A stretch of 64,000 nt of DNA from Eledone cirrhosa (GCA_964016885.1 OZ024740.1:413850001-413914000), one strand, 5' to 3'. Shown: positions 26,979 through 40,385, counted from the stretch's first letter. Numbers and translations: made by a program. The notes: generated by a model from the sequence alone, not told the origin.

Positions 26979-29418
26979 AACCGGGCGGTTGTTCATATAT
27001 TGTCAAAGTTCTTTCGTCACACATTATGTGACCTCTTCAGTGACTGGGGATTCTTTTCTTTGTTTTGTGCCTTTCCTTTGTTCTGTCCTACGCCATGTTG
27101 TTTTTTTGTGTGTTGTGTGTTTAGTTTGCGCATGTGTTACATCCGGGTGTCTGTGTGTGTTTTTATTTGTTTATTTATTTGTTTATTTACATGTTACTGG
27201 TTGGTTGTTTGGTCTATGTGTGTGTGTGTTTTCATTTTGTCCTTAATTGTAAGTTGTGATGTTGCTATTCCATTCATGCTTTCTATTTAATTTTGGTTGG
27301 AGTTTATTTATGTTTATTGCCTCTGTGATTTGTCTAAACACTGCGTCTTTTCTGTGTGTAGATTCTATTTTTATTTCTATGTTCTCTAATTTGCTCTTAT
27401 GTTCTATGTTAGCATGTTGGTGAAGTATTGATGATTCTTTTTCATCTTGAAGTTTTCGCCAGTGTTCATTTAACCGTTCTCCTATACTACGAGCTGTCTC
27501 ACCTATGTACACTATATTCTTATTTTTACACTGTCCTTCAGTACATCTTATGCTATATAATACATTTCTAGTTTTACAGTTAATATGATGGCTTAGTTTA
27601 CAGATTATGCATTTCTTATCTATACAGGGAGGTCTTTGAAAAGGGTTCGTATTGCTAATAAGTGTTTTTATGGAGGTACCTGGTCTTTCTACTATCTTAA
27701 TATTAAGTTTAAGTTTATCTAGGGCCCTTCTAAATGTGTAGGCTAATCACCTCTAAGGGTTGTATTGATGAACATTACACTCTGGTATTTATTGCTATCA
27801 TACCATGAGTTTATTCTATTAACCTTATTCCTAGTTCTTTCTATTCTATTCCAAAATTTGCTCCTATACAAGGGGCAGGTCCCATTTGTATCATTATTTA
27901 CCATTTTTTCCCATTTGGTTCTGGCTCCTCTATATACTCTGATTTTATCTCTCTGATTGTAACCAGAGAACTGCATTCGGTGATATTTGGATGTCATGGG
28001 TTTGGCATAATGGGAATGTAGAATTTGTTTTTTGTTATTAATGGTTTCTAACCAGAGCTCTGTGTCTAGTACAGGTAATCGATGGTTGGGGTGTTTGCTT
28101 GGGTAGTCTATTGTCTATAGACTACCCAACCAAACACCCCAACCAGCGATTATCTGTACTAGACACAGAGCTCTGGTTAGAAACCATTAATAACAAAAAA
28201 CAAATCCTCCATTTCCATTATGCCAAACCCATGACTTCCAAATATCTGATCCACCGAAACTCAGGTGATTCGGATCACACCAAAATCAACATACTGATTG
28301 CGGATTTGGTACAGGTGATGAGAAATGTGTCCCGCATGTGCAAGCCCAAAGAACTAGAGAGACACATACAACACATCATCCACCGTATGCAGTTCTCTGG
28401 TTACAATCAGAGAGATAAAATCAGAGTATATAGATAAACCAGAACCAAATGGGAAAAAATGGTAAATAATGATACAAATGGGACCTGCCCCTTGTATAGG
28501 AGCAAATTTTGGTATAGAATAGAAAGAACTAGGAATAAGGTTAATAGAATTAACTCACGGTATTATAGCAATAAATATGATAGCAATAAATAGTAGAAAG
28601 ACCAGGTACCTCCATAAAAACACTTATTAGCAATGCATACCCTTTTCATAGACCTCCCTGTATAGATAAGAAATGCATAATCTGTAAACTAAACCCCCAT
28701 ATTAACTGTAAAACTAAAAATCTAGTATATAGCATAAGATGTACTGAAGGACAATGTAAAGGTAAGAATATAGTGTACATAGGTGAGACAGCTCGTAGTA
28801 TAGAAGAACGGTTAAATGAACACTGGCGAAAACTTCAAGATGAAAAAGAATCATCAATACTCCACCAACATGCTAAAATAGAACATAAGGCCAAATGAGA
28901 GAACATAGAAATAAAAATAGAATCTACACACAGAAAAGACGCAGTGTTTAGACAAATCACAGAGGCAATAAACATAAATAAACTCCAACCAAAATTAAAT
29001 AGAAAACATGAATGGAATAGCAACATCACAACTTACAATTAAGGACAAAATGAAAACACACACACACATAGACCAAACAACCAACCAGTAACATGTAAAT
29101 AAACAAATAAATAAACAAATAAAAACACACACAGACACCCGGATGTAACACATGCGCAAACTAAACACACAACACACACAAAAACAAGATGGCGTAGGAC
29201 AGAACAAAGGAGAGGCACAACACAAAGAAAAGAATCCCCAGTCACTGAAGAGGTCACAGAATGTGTGACAAAAGAACTTTGACAATATATGAACAACCGT
29301 CCGGTTATGGAACCAACCAACCAACCGGAAATTTATAAATTCTTAAATTTATAATAAATTGGAGTGAATTTTACTGGTGCGTGTGTGTCTTATTGCCAAC
29401 ATGACCCTCCCAAAGTAT
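26979..29418. mobile_element. Head-to-head palindromic Penelope-like element (RT thumb, linker, GIY-YIG, 3'UTR with HHR)
   Basis: Arms at 26979-28111 (-) and 28117-29306 (+), with a tail to 29418. Motifs DYPTKHPNQRL(P)VLDTELW, MQFSGY, C..C...NCKTRNVLYSIRC..C..YIGETARSIGERLNEH and RQITEAI..LNRKHEW. Confidence 0.93.
27002..27044 (-). ncRNA. Minimal type I hammerhead ribozyme in PLE 3' region
   Basis: guca CUGAAGA g gucaca uaaug ugugac GAAA g aa c UU ugac. The mirror copy at 29241-29283 has GAAA mutated to AAAA. Confidence 0.75.
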
Positions 29419-29422
29419 TAAA

Positions 29423-29453
<31 letters not shown>

Positions 29454-29459
29454 AATATT

Positions 29460-29898
29460 CGTCTCTTCATTACTGTAGTGGAGTCTGTGCTGCTGTACGG
29501 GTCTGAGACTTGGACACTGACCAAGAAGCTCACTCCAATAGTGGATGGGTGCTACACGAGAATGCTGAGGATGGCTCTGAACATTAATCAGTATACACTG
29601 AGGATGAAAAACTCAGAGCTGTATGGGAGCATCCCAAAAGTCAGCTCAAAAGAGACACAGAGGAGACTGAGGTTAGCTGGACATGCTCACCAACATCCAG
29701 AGTTGACACTGCACCCTGTGCTCCTGTGGGAGCCCCTGCATGTGCATACTGGAAGAGGGAGACCAAGGTTGACATATGTTGATGCCCTAAGGACAGACAC
29801 TGGGCTCCTGGAGACGCACGACATGGCAGCGATGATGCGGGAGAGAGACTGCTGAAGAGAACTCGTCCATGGATCTCGGGAATTTTACCCGCCCTAGA
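29460..29898 (+). mobile_element. 3' fragment of the same RTE family as 23437-26739
   Basis: Colinear with 26301-26739 with scattered substitutions; same terminus followed by (TA)n. Confidence 0.92.
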
Positions 29899-29900
29899 TA

Positions 29901-29935
<35 letters not shown>

Positions 29936-30669
29936 TTAAAAACACACAGATACATGCGGACACACACATATATACATGAATGCATCCGCACCCAACTGTG
30001 AGTTAAGGGTGCCAACTTCACCGATGTTGCTCAATGAATGACTGGGACAGACCAATTCAGTTTGAACCAGACTGAACCAGTATCAGAGTTAAAAATACAT
30101 TATGAAGAGAGAAGAAACATTTAGATATAATTAGTAATAAAATGTATCATACCTAAACTGTTCCTAAATTCCTCGACTACGTAGTTTCGTGGCATAAACA
30201 AAAACAATATATCAAAGATATAGAGTCCCTGCGAGGTCTGCCAACTTATCAAGAGGATACCTCATTTTACTAGTCTCAAGAACGCGTCTACACGACGTGA
30301 GAAAGAATCCCAAAAGGCGGAGGGGGAGATAGTCACGCGATATAACGGTCGAGAAACAGAGCTAAGCCATATATATATATGTGTGTGTGTGTGTATTAAG
30401 CTTCAAAAAGTTAGTGAAAGAGTACATGAAGCATTATATATTGTTATATTGAGAATTGGATTGAGAATTGGATTCCTAATCGTGAGGTTGTGAGTTCGAT
30501 TCACCGCCCGAACGATGCGTTATGTCCTTCAGAAAGACACTTTATTTCACGTTGCTCCTTCTGCCTGCAGTTGCGACCAGTACATATTATTAGCTATTGG
30601 AAAGACCAAAGGAAGCATTGTTTCCTCGGTCCGATTTTGACGAAAGTCGATTATATATCGATATATATA

Positions 30670-31175
30670 TTTGAGGAAGACCAGTCAAGTCTGAAATGCA
30701 TAGACGGTTGTCCCCCTAGCTTCTGCTGGACACCACCAGAGGGCGTTATCCCCGGTGTTTGCATAGCTACGGCTTCCTAAAACCGAGTTTCTTTAGAAAT
30801 ACGGAATTTCTATACATATCTGTATACAGCTATGCCTGAAGCTAAATCCTATTTCTTTTCTATTATAAGTAGAGCCAACTTATGCAGCGTCATATACAAA
30901 TAAGATTAATCACCTCATTTATACAGACGAAAAAACTATATGTTCTCAACTGTTCTCAAGTCCAGCAGTCGCAGAGCAGTGGGAGGGATCGTCTTGAGGA
31001 AGACCAGTCAAATCTTAAATGCATAGACGGTTGCGCCCCTTTTTTCTGCTGGACACCACCAGGGGGTGTTAGCCCCGGTGTTTGCATAGCTACGGCTTCC
31101 TAAAACCGTGTTTCTTTAGAAATACGCAATTTCTATACATATTTGTATACAGCTATGGCTAAATCCTATTTCTAT
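30670..31175 (+). mobile_element. Two direct copies of the 6857-7215 mini-element family with degenerate HHRs
   Basis: 30670-30860 and 30980-31175 both read UUGAGGA aga..ucu (G/U)AAA ugca UA gac, then ctgctggacaccacca..catagcta..gtatacagctatg. Confidence 0.8.
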
Positions 31176-31207
<32 letters not shown>

Positions 31208-31208
31208 A

Positions 31209-31259
<51 letters not shown>

Positions 31260-32254
31260 CAGGCTTGTATTTGTATGTGTGCATTCTGCGTATTTCATAT
31301 ATTCTTCTTACACTTTATTGCTTTCGCTTTCCCATATTGCAGGTCACTCAACTTTCGCACCATTTTACACCTATTAATAGCTTTTGCTTCTTTTACATGC
31401 TTTTCTGATGTAGCACTTAGCTTTCATCACAAAAATATTTAAGAGGAGATACTTTGCCCAATCACACAAGCATTTTTCATCTTTGCCGTTAACTTTCGAT
31501 TCTTCCACACACTAGAGTCTTCAAACTGCCTTTCCGGTTGTTCCTGTCCAAAGAGAGATTTTACAACCGAAGAATGTAAAAGATGGAAGAAAATCAGGGG
31601 TTGTGATGAATAGTAATGCTTCTCTACCCCATTTCAAGAAATTTATTTTATTCGGGCAGATAGTCAGGCTAAATCTTTGCAGGCGTGTGAGAATCATTTT
31701 TTTTTAGTGACTGGCGTTCCTGAGGACGGTGAGTGACAGTTGCTGCATCACCGGTTAATCGCTTGGCTCTGATGACTGCTACACGAACTATTGTATTGTC
31801 TCTAAAACAAAGTAGACTGAAAGGTCTGCCTTACCACTCAAAAAGGTCTCAGCTTTATCTAATGCCGTTTCAGACGTTGAATGGACTAGCCAAGCTATCA
31901 GAAGATCAGCTATCCACTGGCTCTGCAGTTTTGATGGATAGCCGAGCTTCTGAAGCACTTTGATAAAAGCATCTCTGTTGACATTTGCTGTTCGCGGCGC
32001 TTCTGGGGATGGGGGAGAGACAATATCATGTCATTCTGTCTTTTCAGCGTGCGTTTCTGAAGTCCCTGCTTCAGGTGAAAGCAGTAATTTATTGCTTAAA
32101 ATTTAAGCTGCACTAATAATAAATAATTGCTCAACTGGTTTATATATACCTATATATATATATAGAATCTTTATCGAATACTCTTAGGATTTTGGTCTTT
32201 GTATTTATTATTACTACATATATATATACACACACACACATATATATATATCCA

Positions 32255-32850
32255 AAATCTTTGCTACACCAATGGATCAAGTAGAATACCTACGTTCAAT
32301 GCATATTTTCTGAGTTATCTGAGACCACTTAAACAACTTATGAAATCCCTTTTAGAAGAGAAAAAACATATATTTAGAGACTTCTCGAAAACTTTCACCA
32401 ATATGGATGTTATGAATTCCATAGCTAAGTCATGGGATAGCGTAAAGCCCATAGATTTTATTAGCCGTAGGAAGAATACATGGCCATAATTTATCCCTGA
32501 TATTACAAACTTTCCACAAGCTGATATTCTACATCGAAATATTGACGCATAAAAATGATGCAAGGTTTGGTGAAGCCAAAGAAAATTATGTGGTTTAGTT
32601 GCTAGAGTCCCGTAGAGAAGTTGTACCTAACGAGCTGATGTTGCTGAAACATGTAAAAGCTACAAGGAGAGAACCGAACATAGAAATTCAATCAACCCTA
32701 TTAAATTGCTAAATTGTTGACATTTATGTATAGAGGAACGTCTAAAAGTTTTAGTTGGTGAGGAACCTTTTACATTGCAAGAGGAGTTTGTTCTGATCTA
32801 TACAAAAAGATGCGCCATAAACGTAAAGCAATTGTGGATAGATACTTCCC
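32255..32850 (+). mobile_element. Tigger/pogo-like DDE transposase relic
   Basis: Frameshifted PMDQ..IPTFNAYFL motif followed by DF.KTFTNMDVMNSIAKSWDSVK..WP, typical of the pogo/Tigger C-terminal DDE region. Confidence 0.65.
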
Positions 32851-33290
32851 TTTCAAGGAAATGATTGTTGAAGATGATCTATATGAAAGGAAATGCTGTT
32901 TCTCTTTATCCAAGTAACTCTTATTCCCCACTTACTTCTCAAGCAGCAGTCAATATTTTTGTTCTAAGAACGATATTACGGTTTTTATTTATTCTCTAAC
33001 GCCTTTCTTTTCAAATGTTTTTATGTATATACTTTGTACTGTGTGAGTTTAGACAATGTTATGTTCATAAAAGGGGCTGTATCGATCCTTTTGTTGTTTT
33101 TTTCTTTATGTTTTTGTTGTCCATCTGTTGTTTTCTTTTTTCTTTCTTTTTTTATTTGTGTTTTTTTTAAATTTAATTGCGACAGAGCTCATCCTAATTT
33201 ATGTTATGAAAATCATTGGGAAAATAAGTTTCGAGTTACAGCGGGATTCTCATGACGTAAGTATGTATCTATGCATGTATACATACATAG

Positions 33291-33410
<120 letters not shown>

Positions 33411-33463
33411 TACATAAATATATATATGTGTATATATATAACATAACTATATATATATATATG

Positions 33464-33909
33464 TAGAAGTTCTATTTAAATTGTTGGGATACAACAAGCA
33501 AATATTTTTATAACTGATATAAAGCACTCAACAAATTATTGGAGTAAAAACACGATATATTAACAAATGGAAACTATATTTATAAAACCATATTTATTCC
33601 ATTATACATATTTCAAGGACACCGAGTCAAATTATGGTGCGCTCTCATCAGATAAAATATAATATAGATCAGTTTTATAAATAAATATTGACATACCCTT
33701 AAAGAATGCGACCATTTCTGTTGGAAATCCGGGAGCTTCCAACAGAAATGGTCGCATTCTTTAAGGGTATGTCAATATTTATTTATAAAACTGATCTATA
33801 TTATATTTTATCTGATGAAAGCGCACCATAATTTTACTTGGTCTCCTTGAAATATGTATAATGAAATAAATATGGTTTTATAAATATAGTTACCATTTGT
33901 TAATATATC

Positions 33910-33910
<1 letters not shown>
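33464..33910. mobile_element. Palindromic mini-element with an HHR in each arm
   Basis: Arms at 33553-33726 and 33736-33910, with a tail at 33464-33552. Plus-arm HHR 33805-33867 reads auuuuau CUGAUGA aag..cuu GAAA u augu a UA augaaau. Confidence 0.8.
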
Positions 33911-34000
<90 letters not shown>

Positions 34001-34961
34001 ATTGAATAAACAAGGGAGATTAACACTAATATAAACATACATGTGTTCGAATCGTAAGGACCAAATTTGCTAGGGTGAAAAAATACTAACTACAGCAATA
34101 TGATTTGTTATACTCAACTTTAAATATTAAATTAAGAAAAATAAAGAAAAATAACAGACCTATATTCGGCAAAACGCCTGGTAACAACATGACAGTATTG
34201 GAGACTGTATCGCAACGACTTATTAAGTGAAGTTCTCACGTTTCTCTGCTCCTCAGTAGTTAAGTATAACAAACCATATTGCTGTAGTTAGTATTTTTCC
34301 ACCCTAGCAAATTTGGTCCTTACGAATCGAACACATGTATGTTTATATTAGTGTTCATCTCTCTTGTTTATTCAATTATATTGTACGGCTCGGAAAATAT
34401 TTTTTCTTAGAGCTATTTAATTGTAAGAGACTACTCTGAGTTCTTAACTCAATATATATGTGTCGGCTTCATTATGTAGAATTAATTTTAAATGTCCTGT
34501 CAGCCAGGCTGCAATTTTTAGCGGCAGGGAATTTCGAGACAAGCTCGGTTCCGAATGACACGTGCGATATTTCATATCATACACAAATCATTCTCTAATA
34601 TTTTTAGAAGTGAAAGGATCACTAATTTCTCAACAACTACTGGGGAGCAGAGAAACGTGAGAACTTCACTTAATAAGTTGTCGCGAAACAGTCTCCAATA
34701 CTGTTTAGTTGTTACCAGGCGTTTTGCCGAATATAGGTCTGTTATTTTTCTTAATTTTTCTTAATTTAATATTTAAAGTTAAGTATAACAAACCATATCG
34801 CTGTAGTTAGTATTTTTTCGCCCTAGCAAATTTGGTCCTTACGATTCGAACACATGTATGTTTATATTAGCGTTCATCTATCTTGTTTATTCAATTATAT
34901 TGTACGGCTCGGAAAAGCTTAGAGCTATTTAATTGTAAGAGACTACTCTGAGTTCTTAGCT

Positions 34962-34965
<4 letters not shown>
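34001..34965. mobile_element. Inverted and tandem cluster of one HHR-bearing element family
   Basis: Copies at 34001-34261 (-), 34262-34452 (+, short) and 34632-34965 (+). HHR 34632-34713 reads aacaacua CUGGGGA gc..gc GAAA cagu cuccaau acug UU uaguuguu; the minus copy has an intact CUGAGGA. Confidence 0.8.
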
Positions 34966-35022
<57 letters not shown>

Positions 35023-35155
35023 AAATTAAGATAAATTAAATGAATTTAATCTAAATCGAAGTTGTGGGTGTCATGCCATAACGGCATGCACCATATCGCC
35101 CGGAAAATAAGCTCAAAGACAGGTCCGAGCATTTTATAATAACTAGAAATTGATT

Positions 35156-35242
<87 letters not shown>

Positions 35243-35347
35243 ATAAATAATCACAGGAGATAATTTTTACAAGCGTGTAACCACGCATTGCTAGTTGGGT
35301 AACAACTAGCAATGCGTATATATATATATATAACAACTAGCAATGCG

Positions 35348-35379
<32 letters not shown>

Positions 35380-35383
35380 TAAC

Positions 35384-35461
<78 letters not shown>

Positions 35462-35892
35462 AATATATATATACACAGTATATATATATATATATATATT
35501 ACATAAATATATATATATGTCCCTTCAATTTGATAGAAGCCTCTTCAGCTGACTGTCTCTGCTGCTGCATCTTTTGTCAACACACATACCCACACCTTTA
35601 TTCAAGTTAACTTTACTCCTTCGCGCCCTCTCTCCTTTTTTTTCTTATTTTCTCTGCCTAATTCCTTTCTTTTGTTCTCTCATACTGCCCATAATTCTAC
35701 GAGAAGCCACCCTCCCCACATTTCCACCCCGTTCAAAACCCCCATCCACACTTCGCCATCTCTTCTATTTATACTGTCTCTATCAATGAATTTTCTGTCT
35801 TGCATGTTTATTCTGTTAGTACACAAGTGAAACTCCAGACTAACAAGACTTATCACTTAGCTGTAATAAAGAATATATATATATATATATAT

Positions 35893-38536
35893 ATACTTTG
35901 GGAGGGTCATATTGTTGTAATAATATTGCCAGAAATAATAACAGAAGACACTCACTGTTTGGTTGGTTTTTCGCTTCTGCATCTTTTATATCTCCATAGT
36001 TAATTCATTTTGCCATCAATGTTTATCACTGACTGACCAACGGTCAAAAATACAGATATGAATACATATATATATAGTCTAACAAAGTTCTTTCGTTACA
36101 CATCTATAACATCATCAGTGGTACTATTATCATGTTTCCCCTGCTGTATTGTATGTATTGTAATGTCTACGCCATTTTTATTTTACTATTTATTTATTTT
36201 TGTCTCCGTCTCTTTGCATGCGTGTGTGTATAGTGTTTGGTGTGTGTGTTTTGGTTATTGTATTCTATCTTAGTTTACTAGTGTGCGTTTATATGTGTTT
36301 GTTGTTATTGGGTGTTATTATTCCATTCATTTGTTTTGTTTAGCTTTGGTTTTCTAAGCTCTATTTCGCTTGCTTCTCTGATTTGCCTATCTGTTTAGAT
36401 ATTATTTTAATTTCTATGTTGTCTATGTTACCGGCATGTTATTTTCTGGCGTGTTCGTATAGTACTGCACCGTTTTTTTGTTGTCCTTTTAATTCCCCCC
36501 AGTGTTGGTCTATTCTTTCTCCTATGCTACGAGCTGTCTCACCTATGTACGTCGTTGTCATATTTCTGCACGTACCCTCTGTACATCTTATGCTATAGAC
36601 TACATTTCTAGTTTTACAGTTTATCTGGGGGTTTGCTTTACATATAACACATTTTTTATTAGTACAGTGGGTTTTTTTAAAAGGGTATGTTTTCCTGATC
36701 AGGGATTTTATGGTAGCTCCTGGATTTTCTACCACTTTAATCTTTAAGTGGGTCTTTCTTAGAGCCTTTCTACATTGGTTAGCTAATTTCCCTCCAGGGA
36801 AATTACGAACATGACACTCTGGTATCTCTGGTTGTCATACCATGAGGTGGCTTTCCCTATCTTATGTTTAGTCCTATCTAAGCTATTCCATGATTTGCTC
36901 CTGTATAATCGGCAAATTCCTTTCATGTCCAGTTCTACGAGGGTCTTATACTTCTCTGTGGCTCCTTTGTATACTCTGATTCTGTCTCTTTGGTTGTAGC
37001 CAGAGAACTGCATGCGGTTGATGAAGTGTTGGATGTCTTTCCATTTCTGTTGGGTCGCACATGCGGGACACGTTCTTCATCACTCGTATCAAGTCTGTGA
37101 TCAGAATATTAAAATTAGCACTACTTGACATTGCTGAGTTTTTGAGTATCAGATATTTGGAGGCCATAGGTTTAGCGTAATGTGAGTGGAGAATTAGGGC
37201 TCTCTCATCTATAGTGTTAATCCAGAGTTCCGAGTCTAATACAGGTAGTCTATTGTTAGGGTGTTTGGAAGGGTAGTCGACAGTTACTCTGGTGTATGAA
37301 GTTAGCTATCTACTGGATGCTTTTCATTGTGCTGTATTCTAAATCATGTTCATTAGTACTCCCTTTTCGTGGTGTACTTATTACTATATCAATATCGTCT
37401 ACGTAACGAGAGTACACGATGAGGTCTATGGAGCTCTCTTTAAGGAGATCTTTGAGTTTCCTTTCCCACCATACCATAAAAAGATTGGCAACGTCACCAG
37501 CTATGCTGACGCCAATGGTTGCTCCCTCATTTTGGGTGTAGAACTTTTCATTGAATTTGAATATATGGCCCTTTAGCGTAGTTTTAATACTAGGCCCTAT
37601 TGCATGCGCGATCATTTTTCTCACCTGATCATTGTTTTGGGGTGTCCGTATGGCTTTGGTCCATCCAATCCACCTTCCCATGGGAGTCGTTTTTGCCATT
37701 GAGGTTGTGGTAGGGGGTGTACCTCTTATGGGTCTACTGGGGCAGAAACGCCTAAGATCATGGCTCTCTAGTTACTCGGTGTCATAAGTAATTCTAAGTA
37801 AGAGGCCCAGTTAATCTGTGTCGACGTCACAGAACTCTATCTTACTCTCACTGATTATTTCCACACATTTTTCCACAGCAAAATCAATGTTGATGGATGG
37901 GTACAGTGATACCACGTCCATACTGCCTAAGACAGTCGACGACCCGACGACAGGACCACCAACAAGACCTGTATGCGGAACCAATATCGCTAGCAACTAC
38001 AGGATCTCGTACTTTCTCTCAATGGTTATACACCCCATAATGACGATATCCCCAGATGTATGTGACAGTACAGAGGACCCCCTCAGCAGAATCAATGAGT
38101 GCAACAAAAACAAAAACTTATCTAACTGCATAATAGGCAGTATGAACGTGGTATTACTGTAGCCATCCATTAACATTGATTTTGCTGTGAAAATGTGTGC
38201 AGAGACGGAGACAAAAATAAATAAATGAATAAATAAATAGATAAAATAAAATGGCGTAGACATTACAATACATTCAATACAGCAGGGAAAACATGATAAT
38301 AGTATAATAATACCACTGATGATGTTGCAGAATTGCAACGAAAGAACTTTGATAGACTATATATATATTTACATCTGTATTTTTGACCGTTGGTCAGTCA
38401 GTGACAAACATTGATGGCCAAATGAATTAACTATGGCGATATAAAAGATGCAGAAGCGAAAACCAACCAAACAGTGAGTGTGTTCTGTTATTATTTCTGG
38501 CAATATTATTACAACAATATGACCCTCCCCAAGTAT
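35893..38536 (-). mobile_element. Penelope-like element with decayed RT + GIY-YIG ORF and inverted terminal arms
   Basis: Minus strand has GSMDVVSLYPS, QNEGATIG..ANLFM, YSRYVDDI, DYPSKHPNNRLPVLD and YIGETARSIGERIDQH. Arms at 35893-36212 and 38200-38536. A plus-strand RT piece GPPTRPVC..GSMNV lies at 37935-38198. Confidence 0.93.
38311..38354 (+). ncRNA. Minimal type I hammerhead ribozyme
   Basis: uacca CUGAUGA u guugca gaau ugcaac GAAA g aa c UU ugaua. Mirror copy at 36080-36123 (-). Confidence 0.7.
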
Positions 38537-38606
38537 AACAATATTTGTTTCGACACACGATTTCATATAAAAAATCTAGCAAAACAAATATATATATGTT
38601 CATATA

Positions 38607-39317
38607 TAGCCTGAGGTATCTGGTCTTTAATGCGAAGAAATACCTATGATGGCTAGTAGACCACTGATGACTTCTATTTCTAATTCTTCATTTTAATTTG
38701 TATATCACATTTGCAACAACACAGCACACCATTTTTCATTCCTATATGCTTTCCCCTTCGCTGTGACCTGTCTTTTTCTCTTCCCTTACTGCTATCCTCT
38801 TTCTCTCTCCCCTTCTCTCTCCTTCTCCCTCTTATTTTCATTCACCCCCTCTTCTAGTCACCCTCTCTCGGCTAGCCTCTTCCTTACACTTTCACTCACT
38901 CACTCTCTACTACACACCCTCTCTCTCACTTCCCCCATCGTCCCACACCGTGCGAAATTCTTTCCTCGCTTACTTTCGCACGGTTAAGATGTGTATTTTG
39001 TCTTCTCATCAATATTCGCAAGTTCTTATGTTCAAATGAATCATTGACTTCATTTTCTCATTTTTTCCTCTCTTTACGTTGCCTCACCTTAAATGTTTGT
39101 TTACATGTCTCTCTCCACCCAATTCTTTTTATCCCAACAACTTATTTTAGTTATTGTTCGCGCTAGCCTGAGGTATCCGGTCTTTAATGCGAAGAAATAC
39201 CTATGATGGCTAGTAGACCACTGATGATGGATAGTCCTGGCTTCTATTTCTAATTCTTCATTTTAATTTGTATATCACATATGCAACAACACAGCACGCC
39301 ATTCTTCATTCCTATAT
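38607..39317 (+). repeat. Direct repeats (~140-155 bp) flanking a pyrimidine-rich spacer; probable PLE pLTR remnant
   Basis: 38607-38746 matches 39164-39317. The second copy has cca CUGAUGA u gga uag ucc ugg, an HHR lacking GAAA and stem III. Confidence 0.65.
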
Positions 39318-39318
39318 A

Positions 39319-39351
<33 letters not shown>

Positions 39352-39354
<3 letters not shown>

Positions 39355-39801
39355 TTCATCCCGGGTTCAATCGGGGGTAACCACAGTAAGATACTCAATA
39401 CAAAGCAGAGTATAAATGTTTATTATAGAAAAGCTTCTACAGGGCTAGAACAATTTCATTCGTGAGAAATCATAAGGAAACTGACTGTCCAAGTAAATAT
39501 GGAGGTATTTATATATTTTCTTGTGGTAGGAGAGGGTGGGGATTGAGATGGGTGGAGGTCATTGATTGATGGATTTAAAGAAAAGGGAAATCTTTAAAAG
39601 CTAATTCTTTGAAGCTATATTTAGAATGACAAGGGCAGAAATAATTATATAAACAAGTTCAAATTGGAATGCTTCTCCTTATTGTTTAGTTTCTCTTAAG
39701 CTATATTTCAGGTGTCTACAAGTACATTCACACACACACACATATATATATGAAAAACCTTTACTCCCAACATTTACACACACGTACATACATCCACACG
39801 C

Positions 39802-39832
<31 letters not shown>

Positions 39833-40071
39833 ACTGAACTTGTTTATAGAATTCTTTCTGCCTTTGTCACTCTAAATATAGCATTAAAGAATTAGTTTTA
39901 AAGATTTCTCTTCTCTTTAAACGCATCAACCAATGACCTCCACCCATCCCAATCCCCACCCTCTCCTACCACCAGAGAAGATATAATTACCACCATATTT
40001 ACTTGAACAGTCAGCTTCCTGATGATTTCTCACGAATGAAACAGTTCTCGCCCTGTAGAAGCTTTTCTATA
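39352..40071. mobile_element. Fold-back element with HHR-like core
   Basis: Arms at 39424-39661 and 39836-40071, tail at 39352-39423 (related to 20902-20990). Core CUGAUGA uuuc ucac gaau GAAA cag UU at 40019-40046; stem I is interrupted. Remnant at 50790-50836. Confidence 0.7.
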
Positions 40072-40157
40072 TTATACATATATATATATATATATATGTT
40101 GATTTAAAACTGCACTATCAACAAGTGTTTTTTTTAGCCTTCATATCATGTTCTCCT

Positions 40158-40226
40158 GTTTTATCTGATGAAAACACAAATATTATTGTTTGATGATGTT
40201 TGTTTTTGAAATGCGCATAATAAAAT
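40158..40226 (+). ncRNA. Type I hammerhead ribozyme with long stem II
   Basis: guuuuau CUGAUGA aaacacaaauauuauu guuu gaugauguuuguuuuu GAAA ugcgca UA auaaaau. Confidence 0.8.
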
Positions 40227-40348
40227 ATATTGAACTCCTTTAACCATCTTTTGATCTTATATTATGCATACTCCAGTCCCACAAACTGTAGAGTGCTTCT
40301 TATCCGATATCTGCATTGCTTTATTGTACTACAATAAAACTCACCTCC

Positions 40349-40383
<35 letters not shown>

Positions 40384-40385
<2 letters not shown>

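Noticed and set aside
31440-32100. Higher-GC unique-looking block
   Set aside because: No sustained ORF, splice pair or motif I can identify.
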